From NCBI GenBank assembly GCA_028534125.1, contig CM052817.1, forward strand, positions 79,672,001-79,736,000: DNA of 64,000 bases, given 5' to 3'. The translations under genes were made by a program, and so were the position numbers. Positions 51,350 to 64,000 of the stretch are shown here, in pieces. This DNA comes from Lama glama (lineage: Eukaryota). The notes below the pieces were generated by a model that was not told the DNA's origin, did no database searches, and was given only the letters and a program-made list of their open reading frames with translations. Positions within the stretch are counted from its first letter, which is position 1, and each line of letters begins with the position of its first letter.

Positions 51350-54300
51350 AATTTCTGGTTTTGGCATTAGAAAAGTTGCAAGTCATCTCTAAAACATAAG
51401 TATAAAACTGGATAAAATTGTCAAAAAAAAAAACACCTTTTTCACAGTTCTGGAAATTGACTAAAGACAGAAAAGATAATGAAAAGTGTATATTCTTGTC
51501 AAACTTTAAGAACTTGGATAATAACAACAGGAGTTTGTGGCACCTTTGCCCAAAACTGTTCCCTTTCTCCCTCCTCCCTCTCTACTAGTTTGAATGGCAA
51601 GACCTGTAGTTTTATCAGATTGAGACTGCCACAAAAAGTAGTAGATTTTCTGCTACAGAGGGGTGGACTTGATTTGGGGCAGAGGGTGGAAAAACAATGT
51701 TTTTTTTCAGCTAAATGTGCCAAACTTGGTAGGGTGCCATACTTGATAGGGAACCAAATGGGAAAAATCAGTAACTTTGGTGGCCCAAGGTTGCAGTCCT
51801 GGTTAGGGCAGATGGTGTACCAATTATTAACTTAACAGATAGATTTTTGGAAATGAAAGAGCCACGGTAGGGTAGAGATAAATTCTCCATATATCCTTGG
51901 TTGACTTAGAAATTATACTTATGTGCAAGGGAGTCTCAAGAATTCAGTGAAGAGTGAAGTTTGAAGTAGAACTGCCTGCAGCATTAAATACACAGTACCA
52001 CCCACCCCTCCCCAAATGAATTGATTAGAAAAAGGTGGGAGCCTTAAAAGTTTAAGTTGTTTGAGCATAATATCTGCTGAAATCATTTGCTTGTCACTAA
52101 GCTATTTGCTTTTCACTAAGCTGTTCAGATATTGGGTAACCACTAGGAAGCCAGGCTAAAACATTAAAAAACTGGGAAGAGACAGTGCACACCATGGAGA
52201 AAGCAGATCTCACAATTTCAGCAAGCTAAAAAAAGAGAAAACCTCTTAGAAAAATAAAGCAATTCAGAGTTGCAACAATATATTATCTAAGAAGTCAACA
52301 TTTCAACAAAAAAAACATATGTAAAAAACAGAAAAGTAAAACCTGTACTCAGGAAAAGTTAACATTCAATAGAAACTGGTTCTGAGTAGATCCAAATGTT
52401 GAATATAGCAAAGTCTTCAGAGCAGCTGTTATAACTGTGTTCAAAGAATGAAAACAAAGTATGACAATGTTTCATTGACTATTCTAAAATTGAAACATTT
52501 AATAACTGAAGTGAATACTTCTCTAGATGGGCTAACAGTACGTTTGTGATTGCATAAAAATATCAGTGGACTTTGAAGATAGATCAAAATAAGTTATTTT
52601 AAAGGACAGAATGAAAACAGATTAAAGGAAAATGAACAGAGCTTCAGAGATTTGTGGAACAGTATTAAGTGTACCCACTTCTGTATACTAGGAATCCTAG
52701 AGGAAAAAGAGAGACGAGGGGTCGGGAAAAATATTTGAAGAAATGACTGAAAAAAACTTCGTATTTGGTGAAAAACATTAATAGATCCAAGAAGCTGAGG
52801 AAACCCCAAGAAAAAAGTAAAGATTCACACCTAGCTACATTGCAGTCAGCCTACTTAAGATGAAGACAAAATCTTGAAAGCAGCAAGAGAAAAAATAGTT
52901 ATCAACCATAGACCATACATTTAAAGGCTGATTTCTCATTAGCAATATTGGAAGCCAACTTAAAATAGCCAAAACAATCTTGAAAAAGAACAAAGTTTGA
53001 GAATTCATACTTCTGGTTTCAAAACATACTAGAAAACCATAATAATCAAGACAGTATAATACTAATATTAGTACAAACATACAGATCAATGGAATATAAT
53101 TGACGGTCCAGAAATAACCCCTGGCATTTATGATGAGTTGATTCTTAGCAAGAGTGCCAAGATCATTAAGTGGGAAAAATAATCTTTTCAGTAGAGTCCT
53201 AGGACAACTGGATATCTCCATGGAAAAGATTGGACTTAGACCTCTACCTCATATCATATACAAAAATTAACTCAAAATGGATAGAGCTATGTAAGAACTG
53301 AAACTATAAAACTCAGGAGAAAACGTAGGAGAAAATACTTGTATTCCTAAGTTGAAAAATTTCTTAGATGTAATAACAAAAACAATCCATAAGAGAAAAA
53401 AATATTTTAAATTTCATTAAAATTAAAACTTTTGCATTTCAAAAATAAAATGAAACGGCAAGGCACACACTGGGAGAAAATATTTGCAAATCATCTATTT
53501 AATAAGGGACTTGAATCCAGAATATACAAAAAGCTTTTGCAACATAATAATAGACAGAAGACTAATTTTTTAAATGAGCAAAGGATTTGAATAGACTTTT
53601 CTACAAAGCAGATTTTAAAATGATCAATAAGCATATGGAAGGATATTCAACATTGTCAGTCATTAGAGAAATGTGGCTGAAGATCTTAATGATACACTAT
53701 TTTACACACATTAGGATATGGCTATATTAAAGAATGATATTAACAAGTGTCAAGAATGTGGGAAAAAAGTTGGAGCTATCACACATTTCTGGCAGAAATG
53801 TAAATTGCTGCAGCTGCTTTGGAAAGTAATTTAACAGTTCCTCAAAAAAGTTTAATATAGAGTTATCATGTAACCCAGGAATTTCACTCCTGGGTATATA
53901 TTCACATAAAATAATTGAAAACACCTATCCATACCAAAGCTTATACATAAATGTTCATAAAACTATTCATAACACAGAAAAGGTAGAAACAATCCAAATG
54001 TTCATCAGCTGATAAATGGATAAACAAAACATGGCCTATCAATACTGTGGACTACCATTTATTCATAAAAGGAACTCTGAAGTACTGATATATTCTACAA
54101 TATGGATTACCTTTGAAAACATTATGTTAAATGAAAGAAGCCAGACACACAGAAAAAGCTACATATATGATTCCATTTATATGAACTATATGTCCAGAAT
54201 AGACAAATTCATAGAGACATAAAGTAGATTAGTAGTTTCCAGGGAGGTGGGGAGGAGAAAATGAGGGTTGACTGCTAATGAATACAGAATTCCTTTTAGG

Positions 54301-57300
54301 GGTGATGGAAATGTTCTGGAATTAGTAGTCATAATTGTATAACTTTGTGAATATAGTAAAAGCCACTGAATTACACACTTCAGAAGGGTGAAGTTTATGA
54401 TATATGGATTATATCTCAACAAAGCTATTGGAAATGAATAGAGACCAGGATGCAGTTAAATGACATGTTCAGGTGTGAAAGAAAAAACTTGGCAACCAGG
54501 AATTCTATACCCAGCAAAATAATCCTTCAGAAATAAAAGCAAAATAAAAACATTGTCAGGTAGACAAAAGTTAAGAAAATTTGTTAGCTGAACTTCTCTA
54601 AAAGGAATTCCAAAGGAAATCCTTGAGGCTTGGAAAAAATTATACCAGACAATAACAAATCTACAGAAAAGAAAGAATACTGAAAACAGTAATTATGTGG
54701 GTAGATATAAAAGATACATGCGTGTATGTTTGTCTTATTTTCTTTAAAAACAAAATTGTTAAAAATTATTTTAACACTGTATTACTGAATTTTTTTACAT
54801 ATAGCTGGAATATAATAATATTCTCTGTGCTCAAAAATAAAGCACAGAGAAAGAAATGAATCGATATTGAAACAAGTTGCTATATTTTACCAGGATTCAG
54901 TCAGTATGAATCTAAAGTAGCTTATGGTAAGATGAAGAGGCATGTTGTAATTCCTAAAGTAACCATGAAGAAAATAACTAGAAAATACTAACAGAGGTAA
55001 AATACTAACAGAGGAAATAAAATGAGGTACTAAAAATTGCATTTTAAAAAAGACAAAAAAGCAGTAAAGAAGAGAAATAATGGGCACAGACTTGGAAAAT
55101 AGTGAAATTACAGACATAAATCCACTGTATCAATAACTACATTAAATTTGAATATTCCAAATGCTCAAAAAAAAAGACAGATTGTCAGATTGGGCAGAAA
55201 AGCAAGACCCAACTATATGCTGTCTGCAAGAGACATATTAAATTCAAAGACACAAATAGATTGAAAGTAAAAGGATAAAAAAAAAGATATACCATGCAAA
55301 CAGTAGCAATAAGACAGCTGGAGTGTTTATATTAATATCAAACAAATACACATCAAGATGAGAAATATTACTAGAGACAAAACACATAGTGGTAAAAGGT
55401 TAGTACATGAGGAACATACAACAATTGTATATGTGTATGAGTATAACAACAGAACCCCAAAATACATAAACAGAAACTGGCAGCATTTGGTAAATTGTGA
55501 AATTGACAATTCTACAATTATAGTTGGAGGTTTTAATATTCCTCTTTCATTTATTGATAGTACTACTAGACAGAAAATCAGAATATAGAAGGCTTAAATA
55601 ACACAGACCAGCCAAACCAAACACTCTGTACTCCACAGAACAGCAGAACATACATTCTTTTCAAATATACATGGAGCATTCTCCACTATAGCTCATTTGG
55701 CCATAAAGCAAGTCTCAGTAAGTTTAGAAGGATTAAAGTCATACAAAATATGTTCTAATCACTATGGAATTAAATTAGAAATCAACAACAGAATGAAATG
55801 TGAAAATATACATTTGGAAATTAAGCAACATAACCTCTGACCCATGAGTCAAAGAAGAAATTATAAGGGAAAGTGAGAAATATCTGGGATGAAAATGAAA
55901 ATACAGCACATTAAAATTTAGGGAATATAATCAAATAAGTGCTTAGCAATGCATAGCTTTAAATTTATTAGAAAGAAAGAACCATAAAATCAGTTATTTA
56001 AGCGTTCATCTAAAGAAGTTAGAAGAAGAAAAGCAAATCAAAACAAAATAAGGAGAGAGGACAAAAAACTGAAAATAGACTTACCATATGATCCAGCCAT
56101 CCCACTCCTGGGCATATATCCAGAGGGAACTTTAACAATTCGAAAAGATACATGCACTCCAGTATTCATAGCAGCACTGTTTACAATAGCCAAGACATAG
56201 AAACAACCTAAATGTCCATCAACAGATGACTGGATAAAGTAGTTGTGTGATATATCCAATGGAATACTACTACTCATCCATAAAAAAGAATAAAATAATG
56301 CCATTTGCAGCAACATGGATGGACCTAGAGATTATCATACTAAGTGAAGTAAGGCAAAAAGAGAAAGAAAAATACCACATGATATCACTCATATTTGGAA
56401 TCTAAATAAAAACACACACGAAATTATTTACAGAACAGAAACAGACTCACAGACATAGAAAACAAAGTTATGGTTACTGGAGCGGGGAAAGTCGGAGAGG
56501 GATAAATTGGGAGTTTGGGATTCACAGATACTAACTACTATATATAAAATAGATAAACAACAAGTCCCTACTGCATAGCACAGGGAACTATGTTCAGTTT
56601 CTTGTAGTAACCTATAATAAAAAAGAATATGAAAAAATATGTGTGTGTGTATAACTAAATCACCATGCTGTATACTGGAGACTTAGCACAGCATTGTAAA
56701 TTGACTATTTCAATTAAAAATATAAAATATAAATATAAAAGAAAAAAAGAAAATTCTATGATATAATACATTATGTCAATATATTCAAGTCCAAAACCCA
56801 CATACTTAACCTCAGTAGATGTATGAAATGCATTTGACAAGCTCCAACACCTATTCCCAGTAAAAATACTGAACAAATAAGAAATAGAAGTGAACTTCCT
56901 AAATTGCATAAAAGACATCAGTGAAAACCTACTGTTGACATGACACTTAATGCTGAAAGGCTGAATACTCTTTCCCCTACCTCTAAGGTTGGGGAAGAAC
57001 GAGTCTGTTCTCGACACTTCTAGTCAACATTGTTCCATAGTTCCTAGCCAGTGCAACAAGGCAAGGAAAAGAAAGAAAAGGCGTCTAGAATGGAAAGGAA
57101 GTAGAAAAACTCTTCTTATTTCTAAATGATCTTGTATGTAAAATTCCTATGGAATCACCAGAAACAATGATATCATGCATGAATTTAGCACATGGTATAA
57201 GAACAGTGTAGAAAACTGAGTAGTGTATCTATATACTGTGAATGAGCACTCCAAAATTAAAATTGGGATAACAGATTCATCTATAAGAGCATAAAAATAA

Positions 57301-58170
57301 ATTTAGGAATAAATTTGACGAAAGAAGTATAAGGCCTGTACACCAAAAATGATCAAACATTGCTGAGAGAAATTGAAGAATACCTAAATAGAGATATACC
57401 AATTTATAGACTGGAACTTAATACTTTCAGAATGTCATTTCTTTCCTAATTAATGTATGGATTCAATGCAAACTGTCAAAATCCCTGTAAACTTTTGTGT
57501 AGAACTGATTCTAAAGTCAATATGAAAAAAATAAATAAAGTCAAAATGTAAAATCCAAAGAACACAGAAGAACCAAAACAGTTTTTAAAAAGAACAGAAT
57601 TGGTAAAGCTACCCTACCTAGTTTCAACAACTTATTGTAAAGCCACAGTAATCAAGACAACATATTAATGTAATGATAGACATATAGATCAATGGAACAA
57701 AATAAGAGTTCAGAAATAAGCTCACATACTTATGGTCAGTTGATTTTGTACAAAGGTGCCAAGATAATTTAATGGGATAAATAAGTCTTTTCAACATATG
57801 GTGCTGGAATAGTTAGAGGTCAGTGAGCAAGCTAAAAAATTAACTTAGACTTACTCATTCACAAAAAAAAAAAAACCCTCAAATGGATCATAGATCTAAA
57901 AGAGCTAAAAACTGTACTTTCCAAAGAAAATGTGAGGAGATATTTGTATTCTGAGGTTAGACAAATTTTTTTAGGTGTGACACAAAAAGCGCAATCCATA
58001 ATTACAGACTGACTGTGTATGAGTACAGGGGAACTTTTTGCGGGTAATGGAATTGTTTTACAACTGGACTGTTGATGGTTGCACATCCGTATAAATTTAG
58101 TAAAACAACATCAGACTGAATACTTACCAGTGGGTGGATTTATGGTATACAAATTATACCTAAATAAAGC
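51350..58170 (+). mobile_element. Composite of nested sense L1s in the last intron: old near-full-length host; L1MB-like 3' piece at about 52955-54430; younger 3' piece at about 56060-56745
   Basis: ORF1 remnants 52430-52950 resume near 54440; ORF2 endonuclease remnants from about 55120 (caagacccaactatatgctgtctgcaagagac); three separate L1 3' ends. Confidence 0.8.
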
Positions 58171-58542
58171 TCGATTTTTTGATGTTTATTTATTTTAAAA
58201 ATGAGAGGAAATAAACAAAAATATTAATAATGATTATCTATAGCTTGGGGATTGCAAGTGATTTTTATTTACTTCTTTGTATTTTCTCTATTTTTCAAGT
58301 TTTCTGTAATGAGTATGATTACTCTTAATTTAAAAATGTTTTAAAAAAGAAAAATTACCTTTTAGTTTTGGGGAAGGAAATTTTTTAGTTTCAAAAATAA
58401 TACTGAGGAAACCAATGGGAATTCAAAAAGATTTTTATTAATTTTTAAAATGTCAAACTAAAGAAAGAAGAATAGGGCTACTTAATTTTCATAAGCCAAA
58501 TTCTGCCTATATACTATAATTCAGTATTTTTTCTTTCTATAG

Positions 58543-58656
58543 CGTATGTCTGGATCCTATCAAGAAGCTAAAACTTTGTTGAAATCCTACTTACAGCAAC
58601 ATGGCTATGGCTCCTGGATTGTGAAATCTCCCTGTATAGAGCAATTTAGTATGTGA
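58543..58656 (+). CDS. ADAD1: ADAD1 last coding exon
   Basis: Acceptor ttctatag; [40 protein letters not shown]. Confidence 0.95.
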   Translation, partial: RMSGSYQEAKTLLKSYLQQHGYGSWIVKSPCIEQFSM

Positions 58657-58676
58657 ATTAAGCAATCCATTGTCAT

Positions 58677-58682
58677 ATTAAA
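58677..58682 (+). terminator. Candidate ADAD1 poly(A) signal ATTAAA
   Basis: ATTAAA 21 nt after the stop, followed by a T/GT-rich tract (tttttttttcgtgtgttttg). Confidence 0.5.
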
Positions 58683-60172
58683 AATCTTTTTTTTTCGTGT
58701 GTTTTGACTACTAAAAATGCTTTTTAAATATTGATGGTTTTCAGCTTTAAAAATCAGAGTCTTGCAGCAGCAATGTCCAGAGATTGCAGCAAATTTATAA
58801 ATATTCATGTTAATTTACCTTGAAATGTTAGGGTTTTAATTTTTTTATTTTTTGAAAAAATAATTACCTGCTTCATTATGTAGCCATTTTGCATTTATTT
58901 TTTTAGAAATTATAAAGCCCTTATCCTTTTTGTAATTTAAAAGAAAATTCATTTTCTTTTAATTTTTTGCTTTAAAAGTTCTTTGTTCAGCAAAGCTATT
59001 CAACATTGTGTCCTGGTATTTCACTCAAGTTTCTTTTTTAATTAATAATTGGAATCCAAGAATACAAATAATAATTCCTACTAATTTGTTGATTAAATCA
59101 ACAGGCATATGAATGCCTGATATTTGTCATTAACCATAGTGGAGGGGAAAAACATCATTTCTCATGTCAGAGAATCTCATGAATGCAAATTGCACATAAA
59201 AAAGCAGAAAAATATTAACCATGTTAGGGAATACTTTGATGAATTAGTTATTCTGATTAATAGAGGATTATCATAAATACTTTTAAAAAGATTGCCCATT
59301 TTCAGGTTTTCTGTAGATCCTCCAAATGTTACTCTTTATAATTTAGATTAATAGGGATTTCTAATAATAGATCAATGAAAGATTATTTAGCTTTATATTT
59401 GTATTTGTTTATACAGTGATTAGGTGAAAAGAGAAAGTTTAGTTATTCTTTAGTTAGGATATATATCTTTAGTGAAATTGTGAGTACCATACTTTAGCTT
59501 CTTCAGTCTCTTCCTTAATTTCAACCACAGATGAATTAAACATTAATTCTCAAACTTTGCCCCTCTTACCTAGGATTTTTATTAAATTAAGAAGTTTCAC
59601 TTCAACCCAAATAAACGATTATAATCTCTGATGAGACTAATGTAGGTATTTTTGTTAGGAGGGTTTGTTTTTTGTCTGTTCTAAAAGTATGATAGGGTTT
59701 AGCTGATGAACATTGAAGACATGTATGTCTTTCCAGATTAGACTAGATTCTATACTTATTAATAGGTTGAAGCATGTGAAATTGCCATTTTAGGAGGAGA
59801 GGTAGGTTAAAAATGATCAAATATGTGTAATTTTATGTGGATCAACATAAATATACTATTAATAAGTTCTTTTTCCATCAATCAGATGTTTATTCCTTAT
59901 TTCTCTAAATTAGTGTTTCCTGCTTAAATCTTTTTAGTCTCTTTTCTGGGTTGCTTCCTCCTATAGTGAATTTCCAGTCTCTATTTCTATTAGTTTGCCT
60001 CTCTTTGATAGTGAATTGACTTTGAAAATACAAAATTTTTCATCTCATGGCTCTTCACATTCGTGAGTATTTTGCTTTTGACTGACACAAGCACCAGTTA
60101 CGTATTTGGGGTTATGCAATATATTTTGCTTGAAGAAAAGCAAACTTCTAAATTTAGACTTTTAAACCTCTA

Positions 60173-61925
60173 CTTTTTTTTAAAGATTTTTTGTTGAGTT
60201 ATAGTCATTTTACACTGTTGTGTCAAGTTCCAGTGTAGAGCACAATTTTTCAGTTACACATGAGCATACATATATTCGTTACATTATTTTTTTGCTATGA
60301 GCTACCACAAGATCTTGTACTGTGCTATATAGTATAATCTTGTTTATCTATTCTGCATATTCCTGTCCATATACAAATTTTGAAATCCCAGTCTGTCCTT
60401 TCTGTCCTTCCCACCCCACGCCCCCTTGGCAACCACAGGTTTCTATTCTATCTCTGTGAGTCTGTTTCTGTTTTGTATTTATATTCATTTTTTTTTAGAT
60501 TCCACATATGAGTGATCTCATATGGTATTTTTCTTTCTCTTTCTGGCTTACTTCACTTAGAATGACATTCTCCAGGGACATCCATGTTACTGCAAATGGC
60601 ATTATGTTGTCGGTTTTTATGGCTGAATAGTATTCTACTGTATAAATATAGTACATCTTCTTTATCCAGTCATCTGTCGATAGATATTTAGGCTGTTTCC
60701 ATGTCTTGGCTATTGTAAATAGTGCTGCTATGAACATTGGGGTACAGGCGTCTTTTTGAGGTAGGGTTCCTTCTGGATATATGCCCAGGAGCGGGATTCC
60801 TGGGTCATATGGTAAGTCTATTCCTAGTCTTTTGAGGCATCTGCATACTGTTTTCCAAAGTGGCTGCACCAAACTGCATTCCCACCAGCAGTGTAAGAGG
60901 GTTGCCTTTTCTCCACAGCCTCTCCAGCATTTGTCATTTGTGGACTTTTGAATGATGGCCATTCTGACTGGTGTGAGGTGATAACCTCATTGTAGTTTTG
61001 ATTTGCATTTCTCTGATAATTAGTAATATTGAACATTTTTTCATGTGCCTATTGATGATTTGTATGTCTTCCTTGGAGAATTGCTTGTTTAGGTCTTCTG
61101 CCCATTTTTGGATTGGGTTGTTTGTTTTTTTCTTATTAAGTCATATGNNNNNNNNNNNNNNNNNNNNNNNNNNNNNNNNNNNNNNNNNNNNNNNNNNNNN
61201 NNNNNNNNNNNNNNNNNNNNNNNNNNNNNNNNNNNNNNNNNNNNNNNNNNNNNNNNNNNNNNNNNNNNNNNNNNNNNNNNNNNNNNNNNNNNNNNNNNNN
61301 NNNNNNNNNNNNNNNNNNNNNNNNNNNNNNNNNNNNNNNNNNNNNNNNNNNNNNNNNNNNNNNNNNNNNNNNNNNNNNNNNNNNNNNNNNNNNNNNNNNN
61401 NNNNNNNNNNNNNNNNNNNNNNNNNNNNNNNNNNNNNNNNNNNNNNNNNNNNNNNNNNNNNNNNNNNNNNNNNNNNNNNNNNNNNNNNNNNNNNNNNNNN
61501 NNNNNNNNNNNNNNNNNNNNNNNNNNNNNNNNNNNNNNNNNNNNNNNNNNNNNNNNNNNNNNNNNNNNNNNNNNNNNNNNNNNNNNNNNNNNNNNNNNNN
61601 NNNNNNNNNNNNNNNNNNNNNNNNNNNNNNNNNNNNNNNNNNNNNNNTCTAGGTCTTTTGTGGTTCCATATAAATTTTGTTATGATTTGTTCTAGTTCTG
61701 TGAAATATGTCCTGGGTTATTTGATAGGGATTGCATTAAATCTGTAGATTGCCTTGGGCAGTGTGACCATTTTAACAATACTGATTCCTCCAATCAAGGA
61801 ATATGGAGTATCTTTCCATTTTTTAAAGTCTTCTTTAATATCCTTCATCAGTGGTTTATAGTTGTATAAGTCTTTCACCTCCTTGGTTAGATTTATTCCT
61901 AGATATTTTATTATTTGTGTGCTAT
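60173..61925 (-). mobile_element. Relatively young 5'-truncated L1 with 13-bp TSD, spanning the assembly gap
   Basis: TTTTAAACCTCTA at 60160-60172 and 61926-61938; open ORF2 C-terminus 60495-60962 ([18 protein letters not shown]). Confidence 0.9.
61148..61647. other. Assembly gap (500 N)
   Basis: Run of N. Confidence 1.
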
Positions 61926-62809
61926 TTTTAAACCTCTATTTCTAAAGTTGTTCAAAACCCATGAAACTAATTGCATCTAAGTTTAAGTTCTCTTTCACCA
62001 ATGGAAGCCTTTGCTAAACATATCTTAGTATTTTTCTGCAAGTTGGTGTTTCTGATGCTAATTTAAGTAGTATCATTTTGTATATTTTATTTTCTATTTA
62101 TTTGTTGCTGGTATATAGGCATACAGTGACCTTTTAAGATTGGCTTTATAGCCAGTGACCTTCTTAAATTAATTGAGTTAATGTTTAGAGCTTTTTGGTT
62201 TTTCTTCATACACAATTATGTCATATGTGAATAACAAAAAATTTATTCAGTCCCAATATTTATTATCTAATTTCATTTTCTTTTTTTCCCCACTGGCTAT
62301 GATTTTCCAGTTCAATGTGAATTGAAGTTGTGAGTAGTGTCCTTGTCTCATGTAGCATTGTCATGTTGGTGCCTATATCTTTTGATGTAGGCAATTCCTA
62401 TAGTCTATATCCCAATAGTCTTTGTTGGCTTTCTTTCTTTCTCTTATGACAAATGTTCTTGCCTCATCTTGTGCATTTGTTGCCCCAGTCATGGACTTGG
62501 CCATTTCTCTCAAGAAGCCTCATTTCTTTTCATGGAAAGTCATGTTTAGAAACCATAATCTGGATGCTAAGGGTACCTATTCCTGAGTTGGTTTTTTTTC
62601 CTTAGGCCTTTCTAGAGAAAAGAGCTTGGAAATAATTATATTAATTTAAGATAAAATAATATATTTAGTTCACATTGATAGTTCCATTTCACATTCAGGT
62701 CTACTGGGTTTTTAGTTTAAACTCTTAAATCTTACATTTGAATCTAGTTTCTCTCACACTAAAATCTTGATTCCTATTGATACAACACAATTTCTTACTT
62801 ACTTAAAAA

Positions 62810-63249
62810 ATTTATTTTTATTGAAGTATAATTGATGTATAGTATTACATGTTACATGTGTAAAATACGATGAGTCACAATTTGTAAGGGTTATGCTCCA
62901 CTTATAGTTATTATACAATATATGGCTACATTCTCTGTGTTATATACTATGTCCTTGAAGCTTATTTTATACATAATAGTTGTGTCTCTTAATCCCCTAC
63001 CTCTGTATTGCCCCTCCCCCACTTCCCTCTCCCCACTGGTAACCACTAGTTTGTTCTCTGTATCTATGAGTCTCCTTTTTTGTTTTATTTCCTAGTTTGT
63101 TTTATTTTTTAGACTCCACATATAAGTGATATTATACAGTTTTTGTCTTTTTCTGACTTATTTCACTTAACATAGTACCTTCCAGATCTGTCCATGTTAT
63201 TACAAATAGCAAATATCATTCTTTTTTATTGCTGAGTAATATTCCATTT

Positions 63250-63283
<34 letters not shown>

Positions 63284-64000
63284 TATATATATATATATAT
63301 GTATATATATACCACATCTTCTTTATCCATTCATCTATTGATGGACATTTAGGTTGCTTCTGTATCTTGGCAATTGTAAATAATACTACTGTGAACATTG
63401 GGGGGGGTGTATGTTTTTTGAATTAGTATTTTTGTGTTTTTTTCATATATATACACAAGAGTGGCATTTGGGTGCATACCTCCAAACTGTTTTCTGTAGT
63501 GGCTGCACCAATTTACATTCCCATCAACAGTTTTATGAGGGTTCTCTTTTCTCAACATCCTCACCAACATTTTGTTAATTGTCTTCTTTTTGATGATAGC
63601 CATTTTGACAAGTGTGGGATAATAGCACATTGTGGTTATGATTTGCATTTCCCTGATGATTAGCAATGTTGAGCATCTTTTCATGTGTCTGTTGGCCATG
63701 TGCATATTCTCTTTAGAAAAAATGTCTGTTTAGTTCTTCTGCTCATTTTTTAGTTGGGTGGTTTGTTTTTTTGATGTTGAGTTGAATGAGCTGTTAATAG
63801 ATTTTGGATATTAACACTTTATCAGTCATATCATTTGCAAATATTTTCTCCCATTATGTAGATTGTCTTTTCATTTTGTAAATCATTTCCTCTGGTGTGA
63901 AAAAGCTTTTGAGTTTAATTAGGTCTCATTTGTTTAATTTTCCTTTTATTTCCTTTACTTAGGGAGGCAGATTCAAAATAAAAATTACTACAGTGTACAT
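62810..64000 (-). mobile_element. Antisense L1 3' end running off the window
   Basis: tttttattgaagtataattgatg start; ORF2 peptide [20 protein letters not shown] (63349-63705). Confidence 0.85.
63251..63311. repeat. (TA)n microsatellite
   Basis: Interrupted AT dinucleotide run inside the L1 3' region. Confidence 0.9.

Larger units (their letters stand above)
18715..58656 (+). other. ADAD1: ADAD1 coding span (11 coding exons; spliced CDS 1734 nt, 577 aa; dsRBM + inactive adenosine-deaminase domain)
   Basis: Exon CDS lengths 172+189+168+69+126+124+171+230+238+133+114=1734, phases compatible, no internal stop. The translation ([25 protein letters not shown]...[17 protein letters not shown]) matches mammalian ADAD1 as I recall it. 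Confidence 0.97.

Noticed and set aside
60998..61747. 249-aa and 195-aa ORFs
   Set aside because: Artefacts of translating through the N gap, on the antisense strand of an L1.
1..64000. CRISPR arrays, tRNA/rRNA/snRNA genes, retrocopies, NUMTs, remaining 60-130 aa ORFs
   Set aside because: No regular repeat-spacer arrays or recognisable RNA-gene sequence were seen. The other ORFs are L1-derived or look like random AT-rich translation. Very diverged elements could be missed without searches.

Overview
Mammalian (eutherian) genomic DNA, AT-rich and dominated by LINE-1. Probably a camelid or related artiodactyl; this is inferred from repeat content only. The window holds one complete protein-coding gene on the + strand, ADAD1 (TENR), a testis dsRNA-binding pseudo-deaminase. 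It has a CpG-island promoter at about 17.8-18.3 kb and 11 coding exons from the ATG at 18715 to the TGA at 58656. These splice in frame to 1734 nt (577 aa) and include one GC-AG intron. The most notable non-genic element is a 2.3-kb piggyBac-superfamily DNA transposon fossil with both ends (6449-8743). It is flanked by TTAA on both sides, sits inside an old L1 ORF2, and carries a decayed transposase with DDD-region motifs and a C-terminal Cys-rich domain. The rest is nested L1s, L2/MIR, MaLR LTRs, two Tigger1-derived MITEs and a 500-N assembly gap. No prokaryotic-type system (CRISPR, operon) and no RNA gene can be supported. Repeat family names and comparisons to human ADAD1 are from memory, not from searches.
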